Source: Flavobacteriales bacterium | GTDB taxonomy: Bacteria > Bacteroidota > Bacteroidia > Flavobacteriales_F > PHOS-HE28 | NCBI GenBank assembly: GCA_047601855.1 | Contig: JASGIM010000002.1 | Span: 846,389-910,388, forward strand | Direction of reading: 5' to 3' | Length of the DNA: 64,000 nucleotides | In this document: positions 17,987 through 26,346 of the stretch, piece after piece | How positions within the stretch are numbered: position 1 is the first letter of the stretch | Layout of the letters: each line of letters opens with the position of its first letter | Made by a program: the position numbers and the translations under genes | Notes under the pieces: model-generated | Database searches by the model: none | What the model saw: the letters and a program-made list of their open reading frames with translations, nothing else | What the model was told of the DNA's origin: nothing

Positions 17987-18547
17987 TTATTGGGGTAGCA
18001 GCACCTTGTCGATCACCACCACCAATCCATTGCTGGCGGGCACCGAGCCGAGCACCTTGGCATCATTGACCATCACCGTGCCGTCCTCCTTCACGGTGAA
18101 CCTCACGTTGCCGCCGTTGGCCATGCCCACGCTGCGGCCGTTGGTCATCTGCTCGGGCCGCATCACGCCGAGGGCCACGTGGTATTCCAGGATGTCCTGC
18201 AATGTGGCCTTGTTCTCCGGCTTCAGCAGATCGTCCAGCGTACCGGCGGGCAGTGCCTTGAACGCCTCATCGGTGGGCGCGTACACGGTGAAGGGACCGG
18301 CGTTCACCAGCACGTCCTCATACTTTACGTGCTGCACGGCGGCCACCAGCGTCTTATGGTCCGGCGAGGCCATCGCGATCTGCACCACGTTGCGCTGGGA
18401 CAGGTCGTCGGATACGGTGCTCTGGCCGGCGGCCGGCGTGGTGGCCGTGGCGCCTTGATCGGTGGCTGGTGCGGGTACGCCGCTACAGGCCATGAGGAGA
18501 GGCAGGGCAAGTGCGGCCAGCAAAAGGGGATAGGCAGTGGTCTTCAT
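17987..18547 (-). CDS. Fasciclin (FAS1) domain lipoprotein
   Basis: Start taken at MKTTAYPLLLAALALPLLMAC (lipobox). FAS1 motifs FTVYAPTDEAFKALP and NGLVVVIDKVLLP. Confidence 0.8.
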   Translation of the reverse strand: MKTTAYPLLLAALALPLLMACSGVPAPATDQGATATTPAAGQSTVSDDLSQRNVVQIAMASPDHKTLVAAVQHVKYEDVLVNAGPFTVYAPTDEAFKALPAGTLDDLLKPENKATLQDILEYHVALGVMRPEQMTNGRSVGMANGGNVRFTVKEDGTVMVNDAKVLGSVPASNGLVVVIDKVLLPQ

Positions 18548-18600
18548 GGTCGATGGTCCGTATATGCCGCGAACATATTCGGACAAATACATCCTATTCA

Positions 18601-18612
18601 TGACGACCGTCA
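18601..18612. promoter_or_regulatory. TGAC-N4-GTCA palindrome (ATGACGACCGTCAA), 54 nt upstream of the fasciclin start
   Basis: Read directly and anchored on the TTG start of ORF 17987..18613. Confidence 0.55.
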
Positions 18613-18623
18613 AGAAGACCGCC

Positions 18624-18635
18624 TGTTTTTTGTCA
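18624..18635. promoter_or_regulatory. Degenerate second site TGTT-TTTT-GTCA (2 mismatches), 23 bp from the 18601 site
   Basis: Shares the 11-mer TTTTGTCAGGA with the distal cco site at the same relative position. Confidence 0.35.
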
Positions 18636-18636
18636 G

Positions 18637-18805
18637 GAGGAGATGAGGGTGAGGAGAATGGAAGAAGGAGAATGGCGAATGGTCATTGATGAATGGGTGA
18701 CCTCCAGCCAGGTCGAACCTATCCATCGCCGCGAGTGGGCTGCCCATTCACCATTCGCTATTCACCAATAACCATTCACCGCCCTCTCTTCCTCATTTCT
18801 TCTCG
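18637..18805. repeat. Intergenic imperfect palindrome: GAATGG-rich left arm, CCATTC-rich right arm
   Basis: Left arm: GAGGAGAATGGAAGAAGGAGAATGGCGAATGGTCATTGATGAATGGGTGACC. Right arm: GCCCATTCACCATTCGCTATTCACCAATAACCATTCACCGCCCTCTCTTCCTC. Lies between the CopD-like stop and the fasciclin promoter and is AT-richer than its surroundings. Confidence 0.7.
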
Positions 18806-18807
18806 CC

Positions 18808-19245
18808 CTACGCTCCCGTCCGTATGAACGCCCCCATGTACAGCAAGGCCACGGCCATGATCGTCACCAGCGCCACGTGGACGGCCAGCAGCGGCATACG
18901 ACCGGGGGTGAGGCGGGGAATGACGCGCAGACGCGCATGCAGTCCCGTGAGCAAGGTGGCCAGCAGCAACAGCAGCTTGATCGCCACCGCACTGCGCAGC
19001 GGATCGCTGAAGGTGAAGGCAGACCATATCCCCGGCACATAACGGCTGGCAAGCCAGAGGCCCGTGACCGCCTGCACCAGCAACGCCGGTATGCCGATGC
19101 GCTCATACCCGTGCTCGAACCGCAGCACCGCCGCCGGGTCGCGCTCACGCAGCGCCTTCGGAAGAATGGTGAACAGCAGCACCAGATGCCCGCCCACCCA
19201 GATGCAGGCACCGAGGAGATGGAGGATGAGGATGGTGCGGAACAT
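18808..19245 (-). CDS. CopD-like small integral membrane protein (function uncertain)
   Basis: 145 aa with four predicted TM helices. N-terminus ILHLLGACIWVGGHLVL resembles the CopD/DUF-type copper-resistance family. Located directly after nosY. Confidence 0.45.
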   Translation of the reverse strand: MFRTILILHLLGACIWVGGHLVLLFTILPKALRERDPAAVLRFEHGYERIGIPALLVQAVTGLWLASRYVPGIWSAFTFSDPLRSAVAIKLLLLLATLLTGLHARLRVIPRLTPGRMPLLAVHVALVTIMAVALLYMGAFIRTGA

Positions 19246-19251
19246 GGGCTA

Positions 19252-19352
19252 GAGGTGAATGGTCAGTAGTGGTTGGCGAATGGGAAATGCGGCGCGCGTG
19301 GATCCGTCCCATTCACCATTCGCCACCGACCATTCGCTGTATTCATTCTCAC
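19252..19352. repeat. Intergenic imperfect palindrome of the same GAATGG/CCATTC family
   Basis: GAGGTGAATGGTCAGTAGTGGTTGGCGAATGGGAAATGCGG ... CGTCCCATTCACCATTCGCCACCGACCATTCGCTGTATTCATTCTCAC. Fills the spacer between the nosY stop and the CopD-like start. Confidence 0.7.
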
Positions 19353-20115
19353 AGGTCCTTCCTCCGGAACGCCCGGAACGCGGACCACGCCGGGATGGCC
19401 ACCCACAACGACAGGATCAATGCGGCCACCAGCATGCCCATGGTGCTGCCGAAGAAGTTCTTGTAGATGGCACCGCTATAGCCCATCATCGCGGCGAGGT
19501 CCACTTCCAGCATCACCAGGATGCGGGCGAGGTCGATGGGGTTGAGGCCGGCGAGCGGGACCACGAACGGTTCGATGGGGTAGTCGCTCAGGGCGAACAT
19601 CAGGCCCATCAGCAGGGCATCGTACACCAGCACGAAGAGCAGCCATACGGCGAGCGATAACCCCACGCCTCGTGCCTTCTCCCGCTGCCGCAGCGCGATC
19701 AACGCGCCGAGCGCCACGAAGACCAGCACCAGCGCCGAGCCCGCGAGGCTCAGTATCAGCGAAGCCATGGTGGGCGCGTGCAGCAGCAGGGGATCCCCAG
19801 CCCGATGGCCTGCGCCACCAACAGCGCCGCAGCCAGCGCCAGCAGCTGCCCGCCGAGGATGGAGCGCCGCGCGATGGGCTGCACCGCCAGCAACTGCGTG
19901 AACTCCTGGATGTCGTACAGGTATACCACCGTGAACACCAACGTGATCAGCGGCACCAATGCCAGCACCACCTGCACGAGGCTCAGCAGCGCCTTCATGG
20001 GATCGTCCTCCAGCATGAAGAGCCCTTGCGCGATCAGCAACATCAACGCCGCGTAGCCCAGCACGAAGCGGTTGCGAGCCAGGTCGAGGAGGGTGTATTT
20101 GAGGACCTTCAGCAT
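19349..20115 (-). pseudogene. nosY: ABC-2 permease NosY, frame broken near 19789-19798 (frameshift or assembly indel)
   Basis: ORF 19756..20181 (from MLKVLKYTLLDLARNRF at 20115) reads membrane-like to ...LVAQAIGLGIP, then CCCTRPPWLR-stop. The -1 frame continues PLLLHAPTMASLILSLAGSALVLVF... (ORF 19349..19768). Junction is GGGGATCCCC. Confidence 0.7.
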
Positions 20116-20215
20116 GGTTGCCGGGTTACGTGCTTCGTGTTTGGCATTCCCACGCCTCCAATACGCAACGCGCCAACCCATGACACACGAGCCTGTATCC
20201 CATATGTCCCGGATC

Positions 20216-20255
20216 CATGTTCATCATTCACCATTCCATATTCGTCATTCCTCCC
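20216..20255. repeat. Single-arm copy of the CATTCA/CCATTC repeat overlapping the nosF stop
   Basis: CATGTTCATCATTCACCATTCCATATTCGTCATTCCTCCC. On the minus strand it encodes the last nosF residues GGMTNMEW and the stop. Confidence 0.6.
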
Positions 20256-20981
20256 TCCAGCATCACCGGCAGTGCCTTCGCCAGCCGGTCCGTTCCGGTG
20301 GTTTCGAGGATCTCGCGCACAGGCAGCAGGAAACGAAGGACGCCATCCTCGAGGTAGGCCACGCGGTCGGCGAGCGACTCCACTTCCTCCATGAGGTGCG
20401 AGGTGATCAGCACCGTGCTACCGGCATCGCGCACACGGGCGGCTTCGGACAGCACGCGCCTGCTGCTGATGGGGTCCAGACCGGCAGTGGGTTCATCCAT
20501 CACGAGGATCGACGGGCGGGTGCGGAAGGCCAGCACGGCGCTCACCTTCTGGCGTGTGCCGCCGCTCAGGGTGCCGAGGCGCTTATCCCATTGCTTGTCC
20601 AGTCCCAGTTCGGCGATCAACGTATCGTCCGGCTCGCCGGGACTTAGGCTGCGCACGTCGGCCATCATGCCGAACAGTTGGCCGATGGTGAGCGACGCCG
20701 GGAACTGCGAGAATCTGCGGCATGTAGCCGAGCGCTTCGCGGTAGTGGGGATCCGGGGCATGTCCTTGTGCATCGATCACGGTGCCATCGACGGTGAGGC
20801 GTCCTTCCGTGGGATGCACCAATCCGAGCAGGCATTTGATCAACGTGGTCTTGCCGCTGGCGTTCGGGCCGATCAGCATCACCACTTCGCCCGCGTGGAA
20901 CGCACACTCCACACCACGCAGGGCCCACAGCTTGCCATAGCGTTTGCCTATGCCCGAGAAGAGGATGCGGGGTTCAGCCAT
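20228..20981 (-). pseudogene. nosF: ABC ATPase NosF, frame broken near 20710-20716 (frameshift or assembly indel)
   Basis: N-part (ORF 20583..21044, start MAEPRILF at 20981) has Walker A GPNASGKTT and reads to ...EALGYMPQI. The +1 frame (ORF 20228..20773) continues SQFPASLTIGQLF..., with signature LSGGTRQKV and Walker B ILVMDEPTAGLD. Confidence 0.75.
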
Positions 20982-21005
20982 GGTGCGCGGGGAACTGCGG
21001 GAAGG

Positions 21006-21120
21006 CCATTCAACATTCACCATTCGTCGTTCAACATTCAGCATTCACCGGTTTGCATTCTTTCTCGCTTCGCCCTGCGTGAATGAGAAATGATGAATGC
21101 TGAACGTCCAATGTTGAACT
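21006..21120. repeat. Intergenic/terminal imperfect palindrome of the same family (arms in opposite order)
   Basis: CCATTCAACATTCACCATTCGTCGTTCAACATTCAGCATTCACC ... GTGAATGAGAAATGATGAATGCTGAACGTCCAATGTTGAACT. Contains the nosD stop (21031) and lies just upstream of the nosF start (20981). Confidence 0.7.
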
Positions 21121-22371
21121 GGATACTGTGCGTTCCTTCCTTGCCGGTGGCCGCATGAGCGGATGTTCATCTTTCAGCGCTTCGGGGGAAAGGGATGGGA
21201 TCAAGCGCTCGGCGCGATCAAGGAGCGATACGAAGAGGCTGCGCGAGAACACCATGGCGTAGGGCATGCGTTCCACCAGCAGCGTGAAGAAGCCCAGCGG
21301 CCGGTGCGGCACATCGCCGCGGCCATCGCGGTCCAGGTCGTAGCCGGTGTAGCGGTCCCAGTAGTTGCCGCTCAAGGTGTTGGAAGCGAGGGATCCGTTG
21401 GTGCTCACGTCGAAGGTGTTCCCGCTGAAGGTATTGCCCGTGAGCACACAGGCGAAGGCATTGGCGAAGAGGCGCAGCGCCCAGCCGTTCATGCGGAAGA
21501 GGTTGTCCTCCACCCGGATCCGGTTGCAGCCGTCCACCATGATGCCGGTGGTGTTGTCCTCGAAGGAATTGTCCGCGATGACGCCGTCGTTGATCTCCTT
21601 CAGCAGCAGCCCGTAGGCGCTGGCGCCGCGGTTGGCGCGGAAGATGTTGCGGCGCATGGCGATCTCCTTGCTGAACATCACGGCCACGCCCGCGCCGTTG
21701 TCCTCGAAGTGGTTGTCCTCGTAGATGTCGCGGTGGCTGAACATGAAGTGCAGGCCGTACCGCTCGTTGTGCAGCGTGGTGTTGTGCGCGATGTGCGAGC
21801 CGGTGACGAACTCGAAGTAGATGCCATCGCGGTGGTATTGCACGGTGTTGCGGAGGATGGTCGCGTTGCTGCATTTCCACAGGTGGATGCCGTTGGCCAT
21901 CCGTTCCCGATCGTTGGGATCCCCGTTCACGCGATTGTCCTCCACCCGTGCATCGTTCGCGCCGCGGAGGTAGATGGCGAAGAAGCAGCGCTCCAGCGTG
22001 TTGCCCGCGATCACGGCGCGCTGGCACGCCTGCACCTTGATGCCCGCCAGGTCGTTCAGGTTGCTGTGCCGCGGGTTGCGGATGATGAGCCCGCGGATGG
22101 TGACGTCATCGGCCTTCACCCAGAGCACGTCGCCTTCGCCGCCGCCATCGATCACCGCGCCGGCCGCACCGATCAGGGTCAGGGGCTTTTCAATGGTGAT
22201 CGTGCCTTCCTGCACCGTGCCGTGGACCACGATGGTGTCTCCGGCCTCTGCCCGTTCCAGCAGCGCTTTGAGCGCGCCGTCCTTGCCCGCATGGAACGTC
22301 CGCTCGCGCGCCGTAACGCACAAAGACAGGGCCAGCAGCGGAAGGAGCGTGAAGGCGCGCAGCATCGCCAC
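21031..22371 (-). CDS. nosD: Periplasmic copper-binding beta-helix protein NosD
   Basis: 446 aa with a signal peptide. Repeated parallel beta-helix segments (NTLERCFFAIYL, NTVQYHRDGIYF, NHFEDNGAGVAVM, NSFEDNTTGIMV). Position between nosL and nosF. The last ~30 codons run into an intergenic repeat. Confidence 0.85.
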   Translation of the reverse strand: MAMLRAFTLLPLLALSLCVTARERTFHAGKDGALKALLERAEAGDTIVVHGTVQEGTITIEKPLTLIGAAGAVIDGGGEGDVLWVKADDVTIRGLIIRNPRHSNLNDLAGIKVQACQRAVIAGNTLERCFFAIYLRGANDARVEDNRVNGDPNDRERMANGIHLWKCSNATILRNTVQYHRDGIYFEFVTGSHIAHNTTLHNERYGLHFMFSHRDIYEDNHFEDNGAGVAVMFSKEIAMRRNIFRANRGASAYGLLLKEINDGVIADNSFEDNTTGIMVDGCNRIRVEDNLFRMNGWALRLFANAFACVLTGNTFSGNTFDVSTNGSLASNTLSGNYWDRYTGYDLDRDGRGDVPHRPLGFFTLLVERMPYAMVFSRSLFVSLLDRAERLIPSLSPEALKDEHPLMRPPARKERTVSSSTLDVQHSSFLIHAGRSEKECKPVNAEC

Positions 22372-22374
22372 GGA

Positions 22375-22809
22375 TTAGTGTGCCAGTTGCTTGCGCATCG
22401 CGTTCCAGTCCAGGGCTTCCACCCCATCGGTCTTCGCCTGGTCGCGCGCGTGCTCGTTCGCGAAGGCGGCCATGTCGCCACGCATGGGGCTGCGGAAGGC
22501 CGGGCCATGCAGGTAGAAGGCCGTGGTGGCATCGATCAGGGTGCCGGGCGCGGCGTGGTCGCACACCTGCCAGCTGGCCACCTGCTCTTCAGTCACGGTC
22601 CCCGTTCCCACGAAGTGGATCATGCACGCGATGTCATCGAACACGTACTGGCGTCCCTTCTGCGTGGTGAGGGCGGCGCCGAACTGCTTGTCCACCACGT
22701 TCATGCGGCAATTGGCGCACTCGGCCTTGCCGAAATCGATGGAAGGCGTGGACCGGCCGCAGGACGTGGGTCCGGTGACCAGGAGGGCGAGGATCAGGGT
22801 GCGTATCAT
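22375..22809 (-). CDS. nosL: Copper chaperone lipoprotein NosL
   Basis: Start taken at MIRTLILALLVTGPTSCG (lipobox), 144 aa. ECANCRMNV and SPMRGDMAAF motifs. 3-nt gap to the nosD start. Confidence 0.75.
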   Translation of the reverse strand: MIRTLILALLVTGPTSCGRSTPSIDFGKAECANCRMNVVDKQFGAALTTQKGRQYVFDDIACMIHFVGTGTVTEEQVASWQVCDHAAPGTLIDATTAFYLHGPAFRSPMRGDMAAFANEHARDQAKTDGVEALDWNAMRKQLAH

Positions 22810-23402
22810 GACAGGGATGTTCTGCGTTGTTTGCGCCGTGTGCGCATGTCGCGGATCTCGAGGAAGTACACGCCGGCCAGCAGGCCCATCACGCCGAAGA
22901 GGATCCAACCACCGGTGTCGGGCGTGGACCATGCATCGAAGTTGAGCAACTGCTTGTGACCGATCAGCGGCGGCTGGTAGGCCATGCCCTCCACCTTGAT
23001 CGCCGCGCGCGGATCGAGGTTGTGGCCGTACGCGTAGCCCCAGTCCCACATGCGCCATAGCGCCCATGCGCCAAAGAGCGAGAGGGTGATGAGCCCCGCC
23101 ACCAGCAGGATGCGACGCCCCCACAGTGCGGCCCCCACGCCCAGCACGGACAGCGCCACGAGCACTTTCGGCAGCAGCTGGAACTCGGGGAAGGTCTCGT
23201 TCCGGATGTGTGCCATGCCGATGTAGTGGTTCAGGCCGTTGACCCTCTCCACGTCACCCTCGAAGCGGTCGGCGAAGATCTGCAGGGAGAGGCCTTCAGG
23301 GTATTGCGGTGCGCTCAGGTCGATGCGCCAGATGGGCACGAAGAGCAACACCAGCAACGCCAGCGCGGCCAGTCCGATCATGACGCGGGAGATGGGTCTC
23401 AT
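22806..23402 (-). CDS. Clade II nos-cluster integral membrane protein (NosB-like)
   Basis: 198 aa with about four TM helices, directly downstream of nosZ as described for atypical nos clusters. Its stop overlaps the nosL start. Confidence 0.5.
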   Translation of the reverse strand: MRPISRVMIGLAALALLVLLFVPIWRIDLSAPQYPEGLSLQIFADRFEGDVERVNGLNHYIGMAHIRNETFPEFQLLPKVLVALSVLGVGAALWGRRILLVAGLITLSLFGAWALWRMWDWGYAYGHNLDPRAAIKVEGMAYQPPLIGHKQLLNFDAWSTPDTGGWILFGVMGLLAGVYFLEIRDMRTRRKQRRTSLS

Positions 23403-23403
23403 G

Positions 23404-23667
23404 GAGTGATGGGTGAGTGGCGGACGGTCAGTGGTGAGCGGGCTTGCGGGTGAGGGTTGGGATACGGGGTGGATGCTAGGTGAATGGCGAATGGTCGATG
23501 GTGAATGGTGCTGCTGTCCGTGGTGATCTCTTTGCCGCAGGTTTTATAGCGGACGGACACAAGCGCAAGCATCTCCCATCCACTATTCACCATTGCCCAT
23601 TCATCATGGATCATTGATCATTCATCATTTGTCATTCACCATTCATCATTCACCATTCATCATTCCC
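23404..23667. repeat. Largest copy: GGTGA(A/G)(T/C)GG-rich left arm, CATTCA(C/T)C-rich right arm around a ~60-nt core with its own hairpin
   Basis: Left arm: GTGATGGGTGAGTGG...GGTGAATGGCGAATGGTCGATGGTGAATGGTG. Right arm: CCATCCACTATTCACCATTGCCCATTCATCATGGATCATTGATCATTCATCATTTGTCATTCACCATTCATCATTCACCATTCATCATTCC. Core contains TGTCCGT...ACGGACA. Fills most of the 341-bp nosZ-nosB spacer. Confidence 0.75.
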
Positions 23668-23743
23668 CAAGAACGACCCGAGAAGTGGCGAGGATGGTCC
23701 ACAGCTTGCACCGCCTCCCATCCCCGCGCACGTTCATCGGTCA

Positions 23744-25738
23744 TCAGAGCTCCGCGTCCACGCTCACGGTTTGGGCGTTCAGCGGAACGTTGCTGCTGGC
23801 GGGGCTTACGCGCACGTATCCCTGCATCTCCTGGTGAAGGGCCGAGCAGAAGTCGGTGCAGTAGAAAGGCACCACGCCCACCTTGTCCGGTGTCCACTTC
23901 AGCGTCTGCGTTTCGCCCGGCATGATCAGCAGTTCGGCGTTCTGCGCGCCTTTGATCGCGAAGCCGTGCGGCACGTCCCAGTCCTGCTCCAGGTTGGTCA
24001 CGTGGAAGTACACGTCATCGCCCAGCTTCACGCCCTCGATGTTGTCCGGCGCGAAGTGCGAGCGGATGCAGGTCATGTACACGTGCACCTCCTTGCCCTT
24101 GCGCTCCACGTGCGCCTCCTTCTCGCCCTTGGTCACGTAGGGGTGCTGGTTCTCCTCGATCTTGAAGAACTTCACTTCGCGGGGCCTTACGAGGTCGGCG
24201 GGGATGGCCTGCGCATAGTGCGGCTCGCCCGTGGTGGGGAAGTCCAGCAGCAGCTCCATCTTGTCGCCGTCGATGCTGAACAGCTGCGCGCTCTGCGCCA
24301 GTTCGGGACCCGTGGGCAGGTAGCGGTCCTTGGTGATCTTGTTGTAGGCCACCACGTACTTGCCCCAGGGTTTCTTGCTGTCGCCGCCGGGCACCATCAG
24401 GTGACCGATGCTGTAGTAGGTGGGCACGCGGTCCACCACTTCGAGCTTCTCCACGTCCCATTTCACGATCTCGCTGCTCACGAAGAAGCTGGTGTAGGCG
24501 TTGCCGTTGGCGTCGAACTCGGTGTGCAGGGGCCCAAGGCCGGGCTTCTTCACCTCGCCGTGCAGCACGCTTTCATACTTCAGCACGGGGATGCCCGCGT
24601 AGTCGCCCTCCAGGTCCTTGGCGGCGATGGCGGCCTGCATCTTCTCGAAGCTGAACACGGGGATCAGCGCGGCCAGTTTGCCGCTGCCCACGATGTACTT
24701 GCCGGTGGGGTCCACGTCGCAGCCGTGCGGGCTCTTCGGGCAGGGCATGAAATACACCAGGCCGGGGTGGTCCTTGGGGTCGATCTGCAGCACGTCGTCG
24801 TACACGGTGGTCTCGGTGCTGTGCGTGTGGTGGTTCCACCAGTTGCTGTGGTGCTTGCCGGGCACGCGCTTGCCTTTGCCTTCCTTGGCGAGCTGTTCGG
24901 CCAGCTTCCAGTTCACGGCCATGATGAAGTCCTTGTCGCGCTGGCTGGCGTTCACCTCCAGCAGGCTGTACGCCTGTTCGGTGTTGTAGCAGCTGAAGAA
25001 GAACCAGCCCTCGCTCGGTCCCTTGCCCGCGTGGCTCAGGTCGAAGTCCACGCCCGGCGTCAGGATCTGGAAGGCGATGCTCATCTTGCCGCTTTCCGGG
25101 TCGGGGTGGATGAAGCTCACCGTGCCCTTGAAGTTCTCCTTGTAGGACTTGATGGGCACATCGCGCGCGGCGTCATCGCCCATGGGGATGCTGAAGCGCG
25201 TGCCGGCCACCACGTATTCGCTGTTGCCCGTGGTGAAGGGCGAGCTGTGGTTACCCGCGCTGTTGGGGATCTCGATGATGCTCTGCGTGCGGAAGGTGCC
25301 GAGGTCGATCAGGGCGATGCGCGGCGTGTTGTTGCCGTTGATGAAGCACCACTTCCCATCGGGCACGCCATCGGCCTGCGAGAGCTCGGCGTGGTGGCTG
25401 TCGTCCCAGGGCACGAAGCCGTGCGTGGTGGTGAGCATGCCCTTGGTCTCCTCGCTGTAGCCGTAGCCGCTCTCGGGGTCCACGCTGAACACGGGGATCT
25501 CGCGCAGCAGGCGCCCGCTGGGCAGGCCGTACACGGACATCTGGCCGCTGAAGCCGCCGCTCACGAGGTTGTAGAACTCGTCGTACTCACCCGGCTTCAC
25601 GTACACCTTGGAGGCTGCGTCGCCGGTGACGGCGGTCTTGGTGGTGGAGGGTTTGCATCCGGGCAGTGCGGACATCAGCAGGGCGGTGCCCGCGATGGTC
25701 GCAAGGCCGGCGCCTTTGCAGGCAAGGGAATGTTTCAT
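23744..25738 (-). CDS. nosZ: Nitrous-oxide reductase, Sec-dependent clade II type
   Basis: 664 aa. Lipoprotein-like Sec signal without a twin-arginine motif. Seven-bladed propeller region. C-terminal CuA site FYCTDFCSALHQEMQGY. Confidence 0.92.
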   Translation of the reverse strand: MKHSLACKGAGLATIAGTALLMSALPGCKPSTTKTAVTGDAASKVYVKPGEYDEFYNLVSGGFSGQMSVYGLPSGRLLREIPVFSVDPESGYGYSEETKGMLTTTHGFVPWDDSHHAELSQADGVPDGKWCFINGNNTPRIALIDLGTFRTQSIIEIPNSAGNHSSPFTTGNSEYVVAGTRFSIPMGDDAARDVPIKSYKENFKGTVSFIHPDPESGKMSIAFQILTPGVDFDLSHAGKGPSEGWFFFSCYNTEQAYSLLEVNASQRDKDFIMAVNWKLAEQLAKEGKGKRVPGKHHSNWWNHHTHSTETTVYDDVLQIDPKDHPGLVYFMPCPKSPHGCDVDPTGKYIVGSGKLAALIPVFSFEKMQAAIAAKDLEGDYAGIPVLKYESVLHGEVKKPGLGPLHTEFDANGNAYTSFFVSSEIVKWDVEKLEVVDRVPTYYSIGHLMVPGGDSKKPWGKYVVAYNKITKDRYLPTGPELAQSAQLFSIDGDKMELLLDFPTTGEPHYAQAIPADLVRPREVKFFKIEENQHPYVTKGEKEAHVERKGKEVHVYMTCIRSHFAPDNIEGVKLGDDVYFHVTNLEQDWDVPHGFAIKGAQNAELLIMPGETQTLKWTPDKVGVVPFYCTDFCSALHQEMQGYVRVSPASSNVPLNAQTVSVDAEL

Positions 25739-25774
25739 GGTATCCTTGGTCTTGATGGGTTCGTGGTGTCCTGC

Positions 25775-26233
25775 TCAAAGGGTGCGCATGAACTCGAGCA
25801 CGTGGCGGCCGTCGTCCTTGCTCAGGCTCTGGTTGGGCATGCGCACCAGGCATTTCTCCAGTTGCGCCTGCGCGTCAGGGTCGGTGTCCAGCATCACGTC
25901 CGGGGTCAGCATCATGTTCATGATCCATTCCGGCTTGCGGCGCTCGGTGATGCCCTTCCAGCCCGGTCCCACCACGCGGTTGGCGCCGAGGCTGTGGCAG
26001 GCCTGGCATTTCAGTTCGTAGATGCCCTTGCCGCCATCGACCATCTTCAGGTCGATCTCACCCAGGGTGATGTCGGCGGCGGTGATCATGCCCGGCGCGG
26101 TCTTGGCCTCGGCGGCGGGAGCGCTGGGCGGCGTGGCCTTGGCGCCGGGGGTGCCGTTGTTCGTGGCGCCACCTCCACACGCGGCCAGGGCCAGGGTGAA
26201 GGCGACAAGGCCGATGGTGATGTTCGTTCTCAT
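25775..26233 (-). CDS. c-type cytochrome lipoprotein of the nos cluster
   Basis: 152 aa. Lipobox LALAAC, low-complexity linker, CQACH heme motif and distal MPNQ Met. Immediately upstream of nosZ. Confidence 0.75.
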   Translation of the reverse strand: MRTNITIGLVAFTLALAACGGGATNNGTPGAKATPPSAPAAEAKTAPGMITAADITLGEIDLKMVDGGKGIYELKCQACHSLGANRVVGPGWKGITERRKPEWIMNMMLTPDVMLDTDPDAQAQLEKCLVRMPNQSLSKDDGRHVLEFMRTL

Positions 26234-26284
26234 GGCTTCGTGGTTTCAGTGCTCAAATATCATCGGACCATTTTATCCGTAATA

Positions 26285-26296
26285 TGACGGATGTCA
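26285..26296. promoter_or_regulatory. TGAC-N4-GTCA palindrome (ATGACGGATGTCAG) in the divergent nos / NnrS-like promoter
   Basis: 52 nt from the nos cytochrome c ATG (26233) and 51 nt from Met 26347. Same 13-mer TGACGGATGTCAG as the proximal cco site. Confidence 0.6.
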
Positions 26297-26346
26297 GTCG
26301 ATCGCATGATCCTTACGGGCTAGGTTCGCGGGCTCCTTCCCGCCCC

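Noticed and set aside
18637-23667. GAATGG/CCATTC palindromes considered as MITEs or IS remnants.
   Set aside because: There are no transposase or integrase genes, no defined terminal inverted repeats with target-site duplications, and the copies differ greatly in length. I reported them as a repeat family of unknown nature instead.
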